A stretch of DNA of 64,000 nucleotides from NCBI GenBank assembly GCA_964016885.1, contig OZ024743.1, forward strand, positions 325,934,001 to 325,998,000. The letters run 5' to 3'. Shown in pieces: positions 1-15,633 of this stretch (the first letter of the stretch is position 1; each line of letters starts with the position of its first letter). This DNA is from Eledone cirrhosa (Eukaryota). The position numbers were made by a program, and so were the translations under genes. The notes below the pieces were generated by a model, which ran no database searches, was not told where the DNA came from, and saw nothing but the letters and a program-made list of their open reading frames with translations.

Positions 1-2929
1 TAAATACTAGAAATAACAGTCGAAGTTTCCCTAAAATCATACTCTACTATCTTACTGGAAGTACACGTTGAATAATGTAATCATTTGTGTCTAGGAATGT
101 GGACACAGCAAGGTCGAATAGTTAAGATCGCTCTGCAGCCATTTTGGTCCTGGGTTCGATCTCACTGCGTGACATCTTCGGGTAAGTGTCACTTAACATT
201 GCAGCGAGTCGGCTCATGCCTTACGAGCAAAATTGGGTAGATGGAAACTGCTTAGAAGCCCGTTGGATGGAATGAACCTGTAATTAAAAATGATAGCTTG
301 GTCTCAACTGTGTCGCGCTGAATTTCCCTAAGAATTACGTTACGTGAACATGTGACTGTAGATTGCTTAGCCACTTACACATTAATTTCATGAGCAAGTT
401 GACCCTTTGATCAAACAACTAGAACACCCATTGTCGAAACAAACACTAACTCATCCACAAAGAGGGGAAGATTGATACTGTATATGTTTGGATTTATTTG
501 TATTAACCAAAGCTAAGACTTATAAGTAGGCAAGCCAACGACGGGGTCTCTACAGGATCACTTGATCTGCCAGGACATACTACTAAATTTCCTCCAAATA
601 AATCCTTAACCTCCGATTAAACAGATCTACGATCAAAAATGTTTCAGCTATGACCATCCGAACTTTGTTTTTAGTACTGCTGCCATGTGTACAGTTTGTA
701 CAGCTGCCTGAAATTATTAGTGACGATCTTTCCCAGTCAACTTTATCCCAATTTCTCTCTTCCTCCCTCACCCTCTCTCACCTCTCACTTTCTATATATA
801 TATATATATATATGGGTGGGTGGGGGGTGTAACTGAGTGAGTGAGTGAGTGAGTGAGTGAGTGAGTGAGAAGATAAGGGAGTTTTCATTTTATGTTGGTA
901 AAATCGAATTTGTGCGGAATGATTATGTAAATAATTGTTTCTACTTTTGGCATAAGGCCAGCAATTATCCCAGTGTATTACTGGTACTTTATTTGATCGA
1001 CTCCGTAAGGATGAAAGGCAAAGTTAACCTCGGCGGGATTTGAACTCAGACCATAAAGGGGCATAACTCTTTGCTGCAAAGCATGGCGTCCGACCCTCTA
1101 CCGATACTGCCAATCCAATAATGAAAGAACAGTTTACCAGAGATTTTTCTCAACGTATTTAATGGAATTATATAATATAACAAGGTTCCAAGAATTCACG
1201 AAACAATTTAGTATATAATGTTACATTAGGAAAAACAGGCAAGGAGTGAAGAGAAATTTGAAGAGAGATTTATTTGATTAAATAATCTAACTCGTGTTTC
1301 TTTATTGATTTCATAATCATCTACGAGAGCTGCATAGGAATATTTTTTCTATTCACTCACTCGCATTATGTTTGTATTCGATAATTCATCAAAGATTAAT
1401 GAAATAGTAAATATTGTTATACTTTGGGAGGGTCATGTTGCCAATAAGCCAAAATAGTAAATATTTTAGGTATATTTGTGTAGAAAGGAAAGAAGGAAGA
1501 AGTGAAGTAGACAGTAGCCAATGGGCTTTAAGTATTCATGGTAATGCCGGAGTAAGAAATGTTATTGACTGAGAGGAATTTATTCTATAATTCAAAGAGG
1601 CCCACTTTAGAACGAACATCTTAATTCTATTCTCCAGCCGATTTAGCCGTTAGCTCAATATGCAAATAAAAATAATCAGCCCATGTATATAGGTGTCAAA
1701 ACTATATGTGTTCGCTTATATTGAGATCCAGCAGAGATCATGGTAAGGGAGCAGTGTCTTGATAACGACTAAAGTCAGAAATGACGTCGTCGACGGTTAC
1801 TCACCCTTTGCTTCTGCTGGAATCCGCTATATAGCGCTATGTCACCAGTTTCCAAATTCATAGCTGAAGGCTTTCAAAATGTTTGTTTATAAACATACTG
1901 TATATCATTAGATATACAAAATACTCATACTTATATACAGCTATGCTAGAGTGAACATCTTAATTATATATATTGTTTCCACCCCCAGACATATGCCAGA
2001 AATATATTTAAAGGAAGACCTAGATGAGAAATACTAATGGGAAAATTGAATGAGCAAGGAACTGTAAGATCTGATCAAACTCTGGGTCACTAAAGAATAG
2101 CTACAATTACAATTTGTAAAACAATAACATTAGAGAATAATAACCATCAGAAAAGAAATTCTTATCATTTTGGAAATGTAATATAATATGATATAATATG
2201 TGCGTGTGTATGTGTGTGTGTCTGTGTTAAGACGCGCAGTGAGTTCATTAAGAGTGAAGGACCTGAAACTGTTACAGCATTCTTCTAAGAGAGGAAAACT
2301 CTGAAGTGAAACCTATACGTTACCTGATTACGGGTTGTCTTGCTTAAGCTTGTCATCAGATAATAATCATTATGACTTAAAGAGTGGCGCTTGTTCTGTA
2401 TAAGCATTTGTCACTAGAATCTTTGCGATCTTCTCATCTGCTGTTCTATCTCTCAAGCCGATGCAAACCCAGAACTTTGAATTCTTGGCGCCGTATTGGC
2501 ATAGGGCCTATTTGCTGCGGTTATTGGAGCGTCACGAGAATTTACGCCAACGCAATGCCGCCGCTTCTGTAGTTTCGTTACCTCAGAAGAGGTAGTATTG
2601 ACGGGAGCCGTCACGTTTCCCTAGTCACCCATACTGACGTGTTTTATGATTGACTGTGGTCAGTGCCTGGGGGTGGGATCTAGGTCGTCTTCTGTTGTTA
2701 CACCTTCCTCTACATGTGAGGATGTAGACAGGCAGGGGTTATTGAAGTAATGCTGAAGCGGCTATCATCTGATAAGATGAGGAAAACAACATATATATAT
2801 GTATGTGTATGTGTGTGTGAGTGTATGTATGTATATATGTACGTGTGTGTGTGCGATATTATATACATAAATATATCGTATATGCTTTCATATAACCACT
2901 ATTACGAACCACGCTATGTTAGTGCTATG

Positions 2930-3074
<145 letters not shown>

Positions 3075-3187
3075 TATGTTATATTGTTTATGAAGGGGTA
3101 GAACTGGTGGTTTCGGTTAGTAAATAATGATACAATAAATTAAAGCACTCAACGTTATGCAAATCATCCATCGTAGTCGTGGTATCT

Positions 3188-3261
<74 letters not shown>

Positions 3262-3475
3262 CAAAATGTCGGTATATGTAGCAGGATGGTGTCAGTATTT
3301 AGAATCTTGGTGTTAAAACTTTCATTTCTATTCTTTTGTATGACGAACAGAAATATGAAGATATACCACGACAGCTAGAGTAAGTGGTTAAATTAACCAA
3401 ATATAAAGTTTACTACAGTATATAATTATATGTTAGGAATTAACGAAAAGGTTGCTGCAATATGCAACCGACATT

Positions 3476-3548
<73 letters not shown>

Positions 3549-3678
3549 GTATATATATACATGTATATATATGTATTATATGTATATATACATATATATA
3601 TATACATATATAAGTATATATATATACATATATATATATCTGTATATGTATGTAAATATATATATATATATGTGTATG

Positions 3679-3729
<51 letters not shown>

Positions 3730-3776
3730 GTGTATGTATATGTATGTCTATATATATATATATGTGTGTGTGTATG

Positions 3777-3842
<66 letters not shown>

Positions 3843-4360
3843 TATACGTATATATATAAATACTTATATATTTAAATATGAATATATATATATAATATAT
3901 ACGCAAGTAATTAGTTAGTACTTAACCGATTACTATATATTTATATATATATACATACGTATATATATGTATATATACATGATGGCTGCCCCCTCGATAT
4001 CGAGTATCGCCATTGCACGATATAACATTATTAATAATTAATTAATTCTATCGTGCAATGCGTGTGCGTGAAGATACAATGTGTGCATGGTCGGGTCGTC
4101 GGTGACTAAACCGGCAACCCCACCAAGCTTGTATATAATATTATATATATATATATAACCCGAAAAGAAGAAAAGATCAACATCGCCGATAACTACTGAG
4201 CCGCAGGTTTTATGTCGGAGTTATCCCAGTTTCCTGAGTTACCTTCTCCTAGAAGAATGCCCCGACAAAGGCTAGGGGTCCTTCACTGTGGTTCAATCGC
4301 GCGATCGGGTATCCAGCCCGATTATTTCTATGTCCCCCCCCCCCACACACACACACACAC

Positions 4361-4438
<78 letters not shown>

Positions 4439-4678
4439 GCATACATGTATATACATATTTACACATTTTTGGATGGCCGTTGGCTCTTATGAGTTCTTCC
4501 GCCCTTTGTCAGGTTGTCTTTTTTGTCCTGCAGGGTGTCCAAAATCACCCTCCTCGCCAAGTTTACTTGGTGGGGTTGCCGGTTTAGTCGCCGACGACCC
4601 GGCCGTGCGGCAGATTGTATTGAGTTACATGTTACCAGTAGCACTTAAGAGCACATACATACATATATATATATATAT

Positions 4679-4714
<36 letters not shown>

Positions 4715-5008
4715 GGGTATAAATATATATGTATATGTATGTAGTGAAGAATAAGTACGCAAAATATGCATATATGCTCCGCCTGAACTACCAGACGTAA
4801 GCTATGATGCATTAGGATGTTGAGTGCTTACCTTAGGATACTTCGAGATCTACCAGTTACAATACCGCAACTGGTCGTCTACCTGTATATAATATAATAT
4901 TATATATATATATAGAGAGAGACAGATAGAGAGATATGTATATATATATATATATATACATACATACGAATATATATTTGTAAATATACATACATACGTA
5001 TATATGAG

Positions 5009-5062
<54 letters not shown>

Positions 5063-5683
5063 CATGTACATATACGTATATATTCATATATACATTCAAA
5101 TATACTAATCGCAACGCTAGTAATGGGTTAAGTACTAACTAATTACTTGCGTATAATGTGTGTAACCTTACACATACATACATACATACATACATACATA
5201 CATACATACATACATACATACATACATACATACACAGACATATATATATACATACATACATATTCATTTATTCGTAGTTGGTGCTTCACATTTCTCTCGT
5301 TTATATGCATATATATATGCATTATCTATCTCACTAATAGGGTTGGGTCAAATTTGATTTCGTCAAATTAATTCACAATTGTCTGTTGAAGTAATCACCG
5401 GATATCCGTATAATGATCGTTCACCTCTGACGTAACCACGTGTTTCTATGGTACTAAAGTCTATTTTGTTACTCTGTGAGAAAGAAATTCACCGGAAAAC
5501 GAATTTGCACTAGGTAGATAATTGAGGTGTTATGTGCTGGGACGTTTTCGAACCATCTCACACTGACTTACTGACTTTTTCACATATCTTCTATATCTCC
5601 TGTATATTTCACACTTTTGTCAATAATTTTATGCCTTCATTCATTCATTTATTCATTCATTCGTTCTTTCATTCGTGCATACG

Positions 5684-5714
<31 letters not shown>

Positions 5715-5749
5715 GTGTGTGTGTATTTGTATGAGGTAGGTATGTATGT

Positions 5750-5940
5750 CCTGGTCGCTCTTCAGCGGTACTGGTAACATGTAACCCAGTACAATGTGTG
5801 CATGGTCGGGTCGTCGGTGACTAAACCGGCAACCCCACCAAGCTTGTTTGATGAGGTGGGTGGTTGTGGACAGCCTGCCGTATGAAAAACAAAACCAGTC
5901 AAAGAGCGGAGGAACTCAGGAGAGTCAATGGCCCTCCAAT
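5750..5940 (+). mobile_element. Dispersed repeat family C, likely a LINE 5'-end or SINE fragment. Other copies 4075-4130, 4470-4645(-), 26945-27075, 60770-60958(-)
   Basis: Shared ctggtaacatgtaacccagtacaa...ggtcgggtcgtcggcgactaaaccggcaaccccaccaag. Confidence 0.7.
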
Positions 5941-6519
5941 AAAGTATTCCTATTTATTTTATTTTTGAGGAGGTTGTGGAGTGAGAGATCCTTAATCTTC
6001 ATTAAGACATCTCCTTAGAAGAAGGTCATTATGATGTAAAACCTGCAACTTCGTTTGCATCCAATGCATTTGATGTTCAGAGAGGAATTGTCTCCGCGCA
6101 AAGCCTTTCCTCACTTAAAAAAGCTTCAAGCACAGGCATCGCTTGATATGTGAGATCTTTTGTGTTGCATGGCACTGTTGGATCCAAAGCATGCATCACT
6201 CGTACAGAGTATCTTTTAGAAAAAAAATTTTCACGAGTTTTATTTTTTCCATCTAGTAAAATGTCCAATATACCTGCTAAAGGTAAAACCGATGTTTCAT
6301 TGACAATCCTATTCATTATAAAAAGTGTTATCATCTCTCTGAAGAGAAAGAATATGTCTCAACAGCCGTATATCTACGCCTATAGATAGGCATAAATTCT
6401 GCGAAATATTTCTCAACACTTCAAAGAAAGGAATACATATATCTTTCGAAACATGTGTAAGAGAATAAACATGGTTTTTGAATGAAAGAAATTATATTTT
6501 CCATTGAAACTATGTGCGC

Positions 6520-6628
<109 letters not shown>

Positions 6629-7170
6629 TGTGTATAGAGAGAGAGTAAGAGAGAGAGAGAGAGAGAGAGGAGAGAGCAAGAGAGAAAAAGAGAGAGAAAG
6701 ATATGACCCCCTTCTATTAAACGAATTTTCCGTATTAACGGACGCACCTTCTCCATCATTACAGAGAGTGCGTGTGGGAAAGAGGGAGAGGGAGAGAAAG
6801 AGAGAGAGATAGAGATGACCCTAGATTACATTCGATTAAACAAATTTTTCCATATTAAGGGACATACCTACCCCATCATTAGTCTGTTAAACATTTTGAT
6901 ACCAAAACAGCAAGAAACTGCCCTTAGATGTTTGTTATAAAACTGCTCGTTTGAAAATACGTATATCAAGACCTCCCATCATAATTATATTTTAAAAATT
7001 TAAAGCAATGTTCCAAACAGGCTTACTCAGAAATAATTAGTTATTTTACTGAATTCCGCTAAACATTTGATTATTTTAAAATTAGTTTAAAGAATATTGG
7101 CAGTGTATTTCATTAGAAATACGATATGAAAGGGTTAAACCAATAGTTCACTGATCGTATGTGTATATAA

Positions 7171-7226
<56 letters not shown>

Positions 7227-9075
7227 AATGACCCTCCGTCGGTTTCATCAATAAGTGTTCCAGTTACTTGATCAACGAAACAGCCTTCTTATGAAATTAC
7301 CGTGTAAGTAGCTGTGCATTGCACAGACACGTGTATCTTTAAAGTCATATTCAAAGAAATTCAGCGTGGGACAATGTGTGACAAGGGTGTCCCTTTGAAT
7401 TACAGGTATAATCCATCCGACGAGCTTCCAAACAGTTTCTGTCTACTCAGTTTCGCTCACAAGACATGGGTTGAACCGTGGCTATGGTAAATGACATTTT
7501 CCCAAGATGTTACTTGGTGAGATTGAACCCGGAACCTAATTATTACAAAACCAACTTCATAACCATTCAGTCTTGCTGCGTTGGCAATACGTAGTGAGGT
7601 TCAGCGTTGCACAGTGTGTGACAAGGCTGGCCTTTTGAATTACCAGACTATTTTCGTCTACCCCATTTCACTCACAAGGTATGGGTCAACCAGAGGCTAT
7701 GGTGAATGTCACTTGAACAAGATTCCATTAGGTGCGAATAAACTCAAGATCTAATGAATGCAAAACGAATTTCTTAACTATTTGGTTATGCTGCGTCTAC
7801 ACTTTATTTCACGGTGCTCCAGTCTACTCAGCTGGCAAAAATAAGTTGTACATGGAGTTGAACGAGTCAGCCATGTAATATTGTGTCACACTTGACCTCT
7901 ATAAGAACTATATTAAGATTATAGTAAATGACGTCACGTATTGGGATTGAATCCGAGACCTATTGATTACGAACTGTATAAGTGATTCGCTTACTGTATG
8001 GTTATTTTAAGAACTGTTTGTGTGAGACAAGTAAACATGGAGTTTTGTCTGTGCAACTTACGGTCATTACCCTGTTAATGGATAGAAGCAGAGATAGTGT
8101 TTGGGGAGATAATCTCTTTATTGTATATATGTATAGGCGTTGAATTGGCTGAGTTGTCAGCACGTAGGATAGAATGGTTTGCAATATTCGTTCCGGCTCT
8201 CTGAGCTCTGAGTTCAAATTCGGCCAAGTTCAACTTTGCCTTTCATCCTTTCGAGGTTGATAAATAAAGTACCATTTGATTCTTCCTCTATAACTCTTCT
8301 TTACTCTCCCACACTTTCTCTGTCTCTCAAAACACGTCGTGTGTGTGTGTGTGTCTATGTATGTAGGTAGGTAGGTAAGTAGGTATATATGTAGGTAGGT
8401 AGGTATGTATGTATGTATGTAGGTGGGTAATTAGGTAAGTAGGTAGGTATATATGTATGTATGTGTATGTGTCCCACTCACGATCGAAAGGTCGTGCAAG
8501 CAATTTCCGCCGGCGCGTTGTGTCCTTGGGCAAGACACTTTATTTGACATCGTTCCACTGCAGCTGGCAAAAATGTGATTCAAAGGGCAAGCTTTGTCAT
8601 TCTAGGCCACGCTGAAGCTCCCTGAGAACTACATTAAAGTCTCACGTGTCGGTGGAATGCTCAGGCACTTGCACTTTATTTCAGGAGCGTGCTGGTCCGT
8701 TGTTCGAACAATTGGAACACTCATTACCCATCGTTGGAACTGACGAAGGTTCAACACACATACATACACACACATATATGTATGCATATGTGTTTGCGTT
8801 TGTATTTGTATGTTCTTGAATGCATGTATTTAAATATGAGTACATATGTGCATGTATTTGTATATGTTGTATATGCGGGATGAATAGAAATGTGTGTTCG
8901 TGTATATGTGTATGTCAAACGTTGCCAAACGTTGCGTGCGAGGTGTTAGTGTTAAACCGGATGGCCAGTTACGTCAAACATTCACTCAAGTAGGCCACGG
9001 CTGAACTTAAAATCAGAACGCAAAGAACAGGAACAGATACCGCAAGGCATTTTGCCCTACTCACTGACTTGTATA

Positions 9076-9965
9076 CGAGGTGTGTCAGAAAAGTTCCAGG
9101 ACTGATGTCACAAACAATTTATTTCAAACCCAAACTTCACACTAAGAGTTTTCTCCTTCAAAGTAATCCCCCTGGATAACTGTAATGTTAGCTCTCAGCA
9201 GCGATCAAACTTTTTTCTTCATAATTTATATACATGTCCTCTGTTTCAGGTCGTCAAGCAATGAGCACAGAGCAACGAACAAACTTGAAAACTCCGCCAG
9301 AAGCACTGGGATTGCTGCAGCAAGTGTATGGAGATGAGACGATGTCACGCTCACGTGTTTTTGAGTGGTGCAAGAGGTTTAAAGAAGGACGCGAGGACGT
9401 GGAAGACGACCCCAGAAGCGGAAGGCCCTCAACAACCAGGACTGAGGTCAACGTTGAGCGCATCGGGCAGATGGTGCGTAGCGATCGTCGGCTGACTGTT
9501 CGACTGATGGCAAATGAGCTGGGCATGAATCGGGACAGCGTCTGGAAGATTCTCACTGAAGATTTGGACATGCGGAAAGTCTGCGCGAAGATGGTGCCAA
9601 AACTGCTGAACAATGACCAGAAGGGTCGACGCATGCAAGTGTGTCAGGACATCTTCGAGCGTCTTGAAACCGAACCAGACTTGCTAGGGACAGTCATCAC
9701 TGGTGATGAGTCATGGATCTTCAAGTACGACCCGGAGGGGACCCGTTTTGAAGACGTGGACGACATCAAAAAGACCGTGACGACGGAATTGCGGAGGATC
9801 CCGGAAGAATCCTTCCAGGACTGCATGCAAGCGTGGCAGAAAAGGATGGAAAAGTGCATTAGACTCCAGGGGGATTACTTTGAAGGAGAAAACTCTTAGT
9901 GTGAAGTTTGGGTTTGAAATAAATCTTTTGTGACATCAGTCCTGGAACTTTTCTGACACACCTCG
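9076..9965 (+). mobile_element. Non-autonomous mariner (Tc1/mariner) with ~101-bp TIRs and TA TSD
   Basis: TA-cgaggtgtgtcagaaaagttcc...ggaacttttctgacacacctcg-TA; TIRs 9076-9176 and 9865-9965; transposase motifs SGRP, KMVPKLL, TGDESW, GDYFEG. Confidence 0.95.
9234..9899 (+). pseudogene. Mariner transposase with in-frame deletion of most of the DD34D catalytic domain
   Basis: HTH region and TGDESWIFKYDPE join directly to the C-terminal GTRFEDVDDIKK; the second and third catalytic Asp segments are missing. Confidence 0.9.
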
Positions 9966-11643
9966 TATGTATGTACAGGCGGTGAATTGACAGAATGGAG
10001 ATTTTCTTGTCGAATAGTATGTTTAATTTATTGTTGTTGCTGCTGCTGCTGTTGTTTTCATTGTTGTTATTGTTGTTGTTGCTGTTGTTGTTCTTGTTTT
10101 CCTCGTTGTTATGGTTGTTGTTGCTGCTGTTGTTGTTGTTTTATTGTTGTTATCGTTATTGTTATTGTTGTGTAACCAGAAGTGTCTCTGGTTTAGACAA
10201 CGTATGATCAAATACGTCGCAGCTGGGACCAATTCCACCTCCTTGTATATTCAAGACAACTTTATTCAATGTCCATATGGACGCAGTATGACTGAATGGG
10301 TAAGGTGTTCGCTTCTCAATCATTAGGTCCTTGGTTCCAACCCACTGTGTGGCAACTTGAGCAAATGTCATTTACCTAGCCACAGGTCGACCCATGCCTT
10401 GTGAATGAAATTGGATTGACTGAAACTGTTTGGAAGCCCGTATAATGGACTTTTCCTATAATTCGTAGGGTCAGCCATGCCATACAGTATGTCACGCTGA
10501 ATCTCCCTAAAAATTACGCTCAGGGCACACGTGCCTGTGGAATGCTCAACCACTTACACGTTAATTTCATGAGCCAACTGTTCTGTTGATCGAAGAACTG
10601 GAATAGTCATCGTCGAAACAGACGTAGCTTCATACCATTTAACATCCAACTTTGTTTTTAAAACAACAGATCGTGTCCTAATTGAGATTTAGTTGCTATA
10701 TTTAGAAGGTCGAGCGACCGTGAGGAAGTTTCTTTTGTTCGTTTTTGTGAATGACGGGGGTTATTTGATGGGTTGCTCATATATTATCGTAATAGTTGTT
10801 TTATGTTCTTTTTTTGCTGATATTGTTGTTTTATGTTCATGTTGTTGTTAGTGGGGGTGGTTCTTGCTTGAGGGTATTGTTTTTTTTGTTTTGTTTTTTT
10901 GCTGTAGTCGTTAAGATAATTTTACAGTTTTTAATTTTCAAGGTTTTGCTTATTAACATTTTGCTCACTGATTTTTCCGGTTGCTAGTTGAGTATTGTTG
11001 ATATATCGCTGTTAATATATTTTAATAAGATGGTTATACCACAATAATGATGTCTAATTTAAGCTCAATTTGGGGTGGGGCAGTCAATAATATTGACCCC
11101 ATTGCTTGACTGGTACTTTATCTTATCAAAGGATGAAACACAAAGTTAATTTCAGTGGGATTTGAAACGTAAAGAGGCGCAACAAATACTGAAAAGCATT
11201 TTGTCCGGCGCTCTAACGATTCTGCAAATCCACCTCCCCCAATCATACAATAATAACAACAATAGTAATAATAATTGTTTCTGATTTAGGCACAAGGCCA
11301 GCAATTTGGAGGAAGGAGGAAGTCGATTCAATTGACCTCAGTGCGTTACTGGTACTTTATTTTATCGAACCCGTAAGGATGAAAGGTAAAACTAACCTCG
11401 GCGGGATTTGAATTCAGAAAGTAAACTCTATGCTGCGAAGCATGGTACCCGACGCTCTACCTATTCGGCCAGTCCATCGCCCTAACAATAGTAATAATAA
11501 TAATAATTGTTCCTTTATTTGCCACAAAGGGCTCAAGCATACAATACAATATTCGTTAAAAAATCAGATACTGCAATGCATTTGGGGCTGGACAAACGAA
11601 GTTATATAAAAATAGAGGTTGTAGGGTGGGGGACAAAAATGTT

Positions 11644-11716
11644 ATACAAGGGATGAGCTAAATACAAGGGATGAGCTAAATACAAGGGATGAGCTAAATA
11701 CAAGGGATGAGCTAAA
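11644..11716. repeat. 18-bp tandem repeat, 4 copies
   Basis: tacaagggatgagctaaa. Confidence 0.9.
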
Positions 11717-12559
11717 AAATGTTGATGAAAGAAACACAAAAACACATAATGAGTAAAATAAGAGATAATCAAAATAATTGTTTCTACTTTTGGCACAAGG
11801 CCAGCAATTACCCAGTGCATTACTGGTACTTTATTTTATCGACCCCGTAAGGATGAAAGGCAAAGTTAACCTCGGCGGGATTTGAACTCAGATCGTAAAG
11901 GGACGTAACTCTATGCTTCAAAGCATAGTGTCCGACCCTCTACCGATACTGCCAATCCACAAAATAATGACCTTCAAAAAACATTTAGAGTTAACCACAC
12001 ACGAGTGAGAACACAGCAAAGTTAGGGCAGAGCAACTGCATGACTCAACCCTGTCACTACTGCTCATATTGAGTTCTAGTGTACTCAAAGTCGCCTGTCA
12101 TCATTTTCTTTGTTTGGGTGACGTAGAAAAGAATTCAAAAGTGTTCGGGTTGACATTCTTTTAAAAATTCGTAGCAAACTGGCGAACATTTTATGATTAA
12201 TCTATTATCCAAATATCTTAATGCATTTTCTTGTATAACATCTCCGGCGAATATCTCGTCCTCGAAGTCTGCACTGAAGTTCGCATAGATATGTCTTTTT
12301 ATCCTATCTCTGTTGCTGAGTAGCACAACAGTGAATTTAACAGCGTTGTTTCAAAGACACAATTTCCTCACACTTGATTTGTTTCATTTGAGGACTTATT
12401 CCTTTGTTTCTTATAGTGCTTTCTCCGTAGTTCTTTCGTCTCACAAGACGATGGAATAGTGCTGTTCGGATGAAGTGGGATGCTTCGTTATTATCCTTTG
12501 GGAAGCCGAGAATAAAGTGGGTTTTCCGTTCACTCTCAGATCTGCACCTGATGGTGCCA

Positions 12560-13060
12560 GGTATACTGCTGCTGCAATTTCAACCTCCGAAATTGTGACT
12601 CATGATGCTATGAAAACTAGAGCCTCTTACTCTCCACCGTCTTTTCTTTAGCTTTCCTAGATTTTCAGGCCCAAAATCCATTAGGTGGTCCTTGCTATCA
12701 CAACAATAACGGTTGGGTATTTCGCCCCGCACCTTCACTCTTATTCCCTGCGTTTCTGCACCTTCAACAGGACACATCTCCAGTATGGCTCTATATTGTT
12801 CACGAGTCGTTAAAACTTATAAATGCATGTTGACGCTTTTCGATAGCACATCTATTGTCAAATCTGCACGGATCACCCACCTACCCATACAATGATACAA
12901 AGAAAACTTCGTACCAAGTATCAATGTCATAGACGATGCCCTTCATCGTTACCTTTGTGCTTTCTCTGGCCCCAAAAATTGGGACACAAAAGTAAGGACA
13001 GATGTGTACCTCACAATTTCAGCTTAGCTCTTAACTATTTTCTCGGTTCTAAATACTAGA
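12560..13060 (-). pseudogene. Degenerate LINE ORF1/gag-like fragment with zinc-knuckle remnant
   Basis: YCCDSKDHLMDFGP resembles a decayed CX2CX4HX4C; a related LLCGNKGHLGALCP occurs at ~14215-14257 (-). Confidence 0.35.
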
Positions 13061-13525
13061 TAGACATTGTCAGGGGTTTTCCTTCGTTGAATAGCAAGTA
13101 TATTCTCCTAAGCGTCAACGTGACGCTTATTTCATCTATTGTTTCAAGAGTATCGGGAAACTTCTGTCATTTTTTAAATAAATATAAATTGCCAATTTTT
13201 GGATACATTCATCGGGTGAGGAGGGTCGCACATAATTTTGCCAATATAATGTTGATGTTTTTTTTTTTGCGAAATTTATTTAAATCTAGTTTTTCTATCA
13301 AACTGACAGAAGAAAAATTATTGTTGTTTTTGTTGTTTTATTTTTGTTTTTGCTGTTCTTGTTGTTGTTAATGCCATCGTCAACATACTGTATTCCAGTA
13401 TTTAGAAGTCACTATAGAAAGGTGGCTAAATTGTTAGAGCCGTTAGAGCGTCAGACAAACCCTGCGACGGTCAACTATATTTTTCTTTCTTTTGGTGTCG
13501 ATAAACAAAGTACCAGTCCAGTATC

Positions 13526-13588
<63 letters not shown>

Positions 13589-15161
13589 CCTTTTTCTCTC
13601 TCAGAAAGGAATTGGCTGTGATAAGACCTAGAGTGAGATGAATCCCACCAGGCGTGAAATAGCCATCCCAACGTCCCAACGTTTCCAAAAGGAGTTAAGG
13701 AAAATATCTATAAATTAATGATTTATTTTCTTTATTTAGTGATTTGGGCATTTTTGACTGTTCACTTTCAATTTTTGTTTGTAAATCGATTTCTGTAAAA
13801 AAAATTTTATTTACTTTTTTTATACTTTTCCCAAGTATTGTTGTTGCTGTCACCGTATTTGCTAAGTGTATGTCAACAAACTACGGAAAAGAAATAGATA
13901 CGCTTTTTTATAAAAAACAAAATCTTTCTCGTTTATCCCAGGTTAATAACGCTAACCTCTTCAGTCTCTTATTTGCAAATACTCAAAAAATTAAATGAAA
14001 CGTGATATTTTTTTAATACATAAGTAAAAGATACTACTTTTTAAAAAAATACATGCTAAAACATTTATGTTTGCCCTCCAACAGTGGTTGAGAAACGAAC
14101 GATCCGGTAAGAACACACCCCTCCACGTCTCTGCCCATATATCATTGCTCGTACTAGACCTCTCTATTACCCTCAACCACATTCCTTTCTTTTTATCTTC
14201 TCCAGCTTTTTCAGGACAAAGAGCCCCTAAATGACCCTTGTTCCCACAAAGTAGCAATTAAACTTCGGAGGATGGCCCTACAATAGTTACGGTGCTGAAT
14301 AAAAGCGGTCATGTTTCTAGGGGCCAGTGATTTTTCTCAAAAAATTGAAGGCCATGTTCTTTGCCCGTGAACTGAAGCAGCTCAGCTCTAAATATGCTAA
14401 TTGGAGGGATCGATGTTGTGAGTTTTGGTTGTGTGTGAGATATGAAGGAACATGCCCTGTATGATGATATCAGCTACCCGCCTAGATCTTTCTAATGGGC
14501 GTTTTAATCACCTAATTGGTATTCTATCAACTCGAATTTCCTCTATCTGACGAAGATGTTCCTACAAAGCTTCAAACTTTAATAATCTCATTTGTACAAC
14601 GTACGTGACATTCTTCTAGGTCACCTTGTTGCATAGATGACATTCTTTAAAACAAAGGTTCTCAACTCATTTCGGCCAAACGCCCCTCGAAATCACGAAA
14701 CGCCCCCCTACCCTATTTTTCCATTTTTCAATATACTACTGATTTTGATATCAGTAGATTACTGGGCCAAATCAAGTTATCTTAGAATCTTTGAAAAATA
14801 CTCGTACGAATTAAATACAAAAAAGTTTCAGTCCAAAACAAAAGCAAGCTATTTCAAATTATATAGTTTTGAATAAAAAAAAAAAAGATTTGATCTTAGT
14901 CGAAAAATCTTTTTTTTTTAAATTCTATATTTCACTGTTAGCTGTTGTAATATTTTGAGTGGATAGACAATTGAAACTGTAAAGTCAAAATACAAAAGAT
15001 GGAAATTATGAAGAATTTCTTACCTTTCTCTGAAATCACAAATTCGGGGGGGGGGGGGATAGTACCTTGCAAAATAATATACCTCGTAGCAAAATAAAAT
15101 ACTTAGTAGCAGGGAATGAATTGAGAAGCTTGGTGACTGAGAAAGCAATATCTGTATCCTT

Positions 15162-15217
<56 letters not shown>

Positions 15218-15590
15218 TGTGTGTGTGTGCCTTGGTTTTGGTACAGAAAGAATTTTGACTCCAGTTTGTATTACCAGGTCAAAGGCCACTGTTCTTTTCA
15301 ACAACGCCATATATATATATATATAAATGGAAAAATTAAACGAAATTTCATTTCTCACTCTTAGTACAGCTGTTACTTAAATATAAGTATGTATACGTAC
15401 ATTTATATATGTATACAGACGTACAGTAGTATATATATATATATACATACATGCACTCATATATACATTTACGTATGGATTTACCGAACATTTATTATAA
15501 TGCTCGGTTTGTTTGTAAATAAACATCCCAAATTAAGCCGTACAGTGTTTATCAACCATCGTTGCTCTTTTGTTCAACACTGACAAAGGA

Positions 15591-15633
15591 ACGATGTACT
15601 AGTTTCAAGCTTATTAGCTATCGTCAGCACCGT
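15591..15633 (-). ncRNA. Type I hammerhead ribozyme (family X)
   Basis: Reverse complement of the 15984 motif. Confidence 0.9.

Noticed and set aside
6077-6389. Overlapping 79-85 aa ORFs in non-microsatellite DNA
   Set aside because: No recognisable motif or splice signals.
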